Shown here: positions 63,311-64,000 of the stretch, in pieces
How positions within the stretch are numbered: position 1 is the stretch's first letter
Layout of the letters: every line of letters starts with the position of its first letter
NCBI GenBank assembly: GCA_036172245.1
Contig: JAYWIR010000005.1
Coordinates: 1,860,001-1,924,000 of the forward strand
Direction of reading: 5' to 3'
DNA length: 64,000 bases
Origin: Raillietiella orientalis
Taxonomy: Eukaryota
Made by a program: the position numbers and the translations under genes
Notes under the pieces: model-generated
Seen by the model: only the letters and a program-made list of their open reading frames with translations
Databases searched by the model: none
What the model was told of the DNA's origin: nothing

Positions 63311-64000
63311 CGCCGACAAACGCAGCATTCGCGGCGCGTGCAGTTTAGTGGGGATGCAGTCGCGTTCCCAGGAGGTCTGCAGTTTCCGGGATCGGAGCGG
63401 AGACAGCAGTCCAGCGCCTCGGTGGACTCTGCCGTCGGTTGCCTCCCATCTGCAGAGAGGCCTGAAGGTGGAAACCCAGTGACGAGGGACGAGCAATGTT
63501 TTCATTAAGACGGCGGGATCCGGCAGCTGGAGCAAAAATGCCGGATCTTTTTTCATCGAAATCACATCGTTAATCTTTTCCTTCTAGGACAGTTTTGACT
63601 TCCCGATATCTCTGATGCTGCTCTTCGTGTGGGAAGCTGTTCCTTCCTTCTTACTAGAGGCGAGTGTCATCGGTGGTATTCCCTGCGGGAAAAATAGCCA
63701 GTGCTCGAGTCCGAAGTCATCCCACGACTGGCACGGAGATATGGAAGTAATTAAGATGGTAATCCGAGGGTACTATTATTATTATTTCTCTCCTCCAAGG
63801 CGGTCGCATCCACTGTAATTATCCAAATACTGAAATGATCCCTGCATTTGCTTCTGGAGTGGAGGCTCCAGACGAACTCGCGTTCCATATAGGAAGAGGG
63901 TGGTGCTCCACATACTCTAGGAAGCCGCGAGCGCTCCAAGGTGCATTTTCCCTGTCAGGATGTCCTCTTTCATACAGGGTTGCCGCATGAGAAGATATTC

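Overview
Eukaryotic, probably invertebrate, intergenic DNA that reads as a graveyard of transposable elements. I found no intact protein-coding gene; most ORFs in the track are antisense shadows or pieces of decayed elements. Main contents: (1) about 10 5'-truncated, frameshifted fragments of Tx1/L1-clade LINEs (RT thumb, CCHC zf-RVT finger, pyrimidine-rich 3'UTRs ending in TTTATAAA-like tails), plus AP-endonuclease, RT and ORF1-like remnants. (2) One clear RLE-type (NeSL/Utopia/R2-like) retrotransposon C-terminus at about 30.65-31.35 kb. (3) Seven copies or fragments of a 550-750 bp tRNA-headed, hairpin-rich SINE-like element, which appears fused in antisense to a Tx1 3'UTR. (4) A 130-bp near-perfect inverted repeat pair about 0.9 kb apart. 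(5) Weak remnants of DNA transposons (Tc1/mariner, pogo, hAT, THAP-bearing, possibly KDZ/HMGXB3-like). All protein calls come from motif recognition by eye in degenerate frames, identities are visual estimates, and boundaries are approximate (about +/-30 bp) unless exact motifs are quoted.
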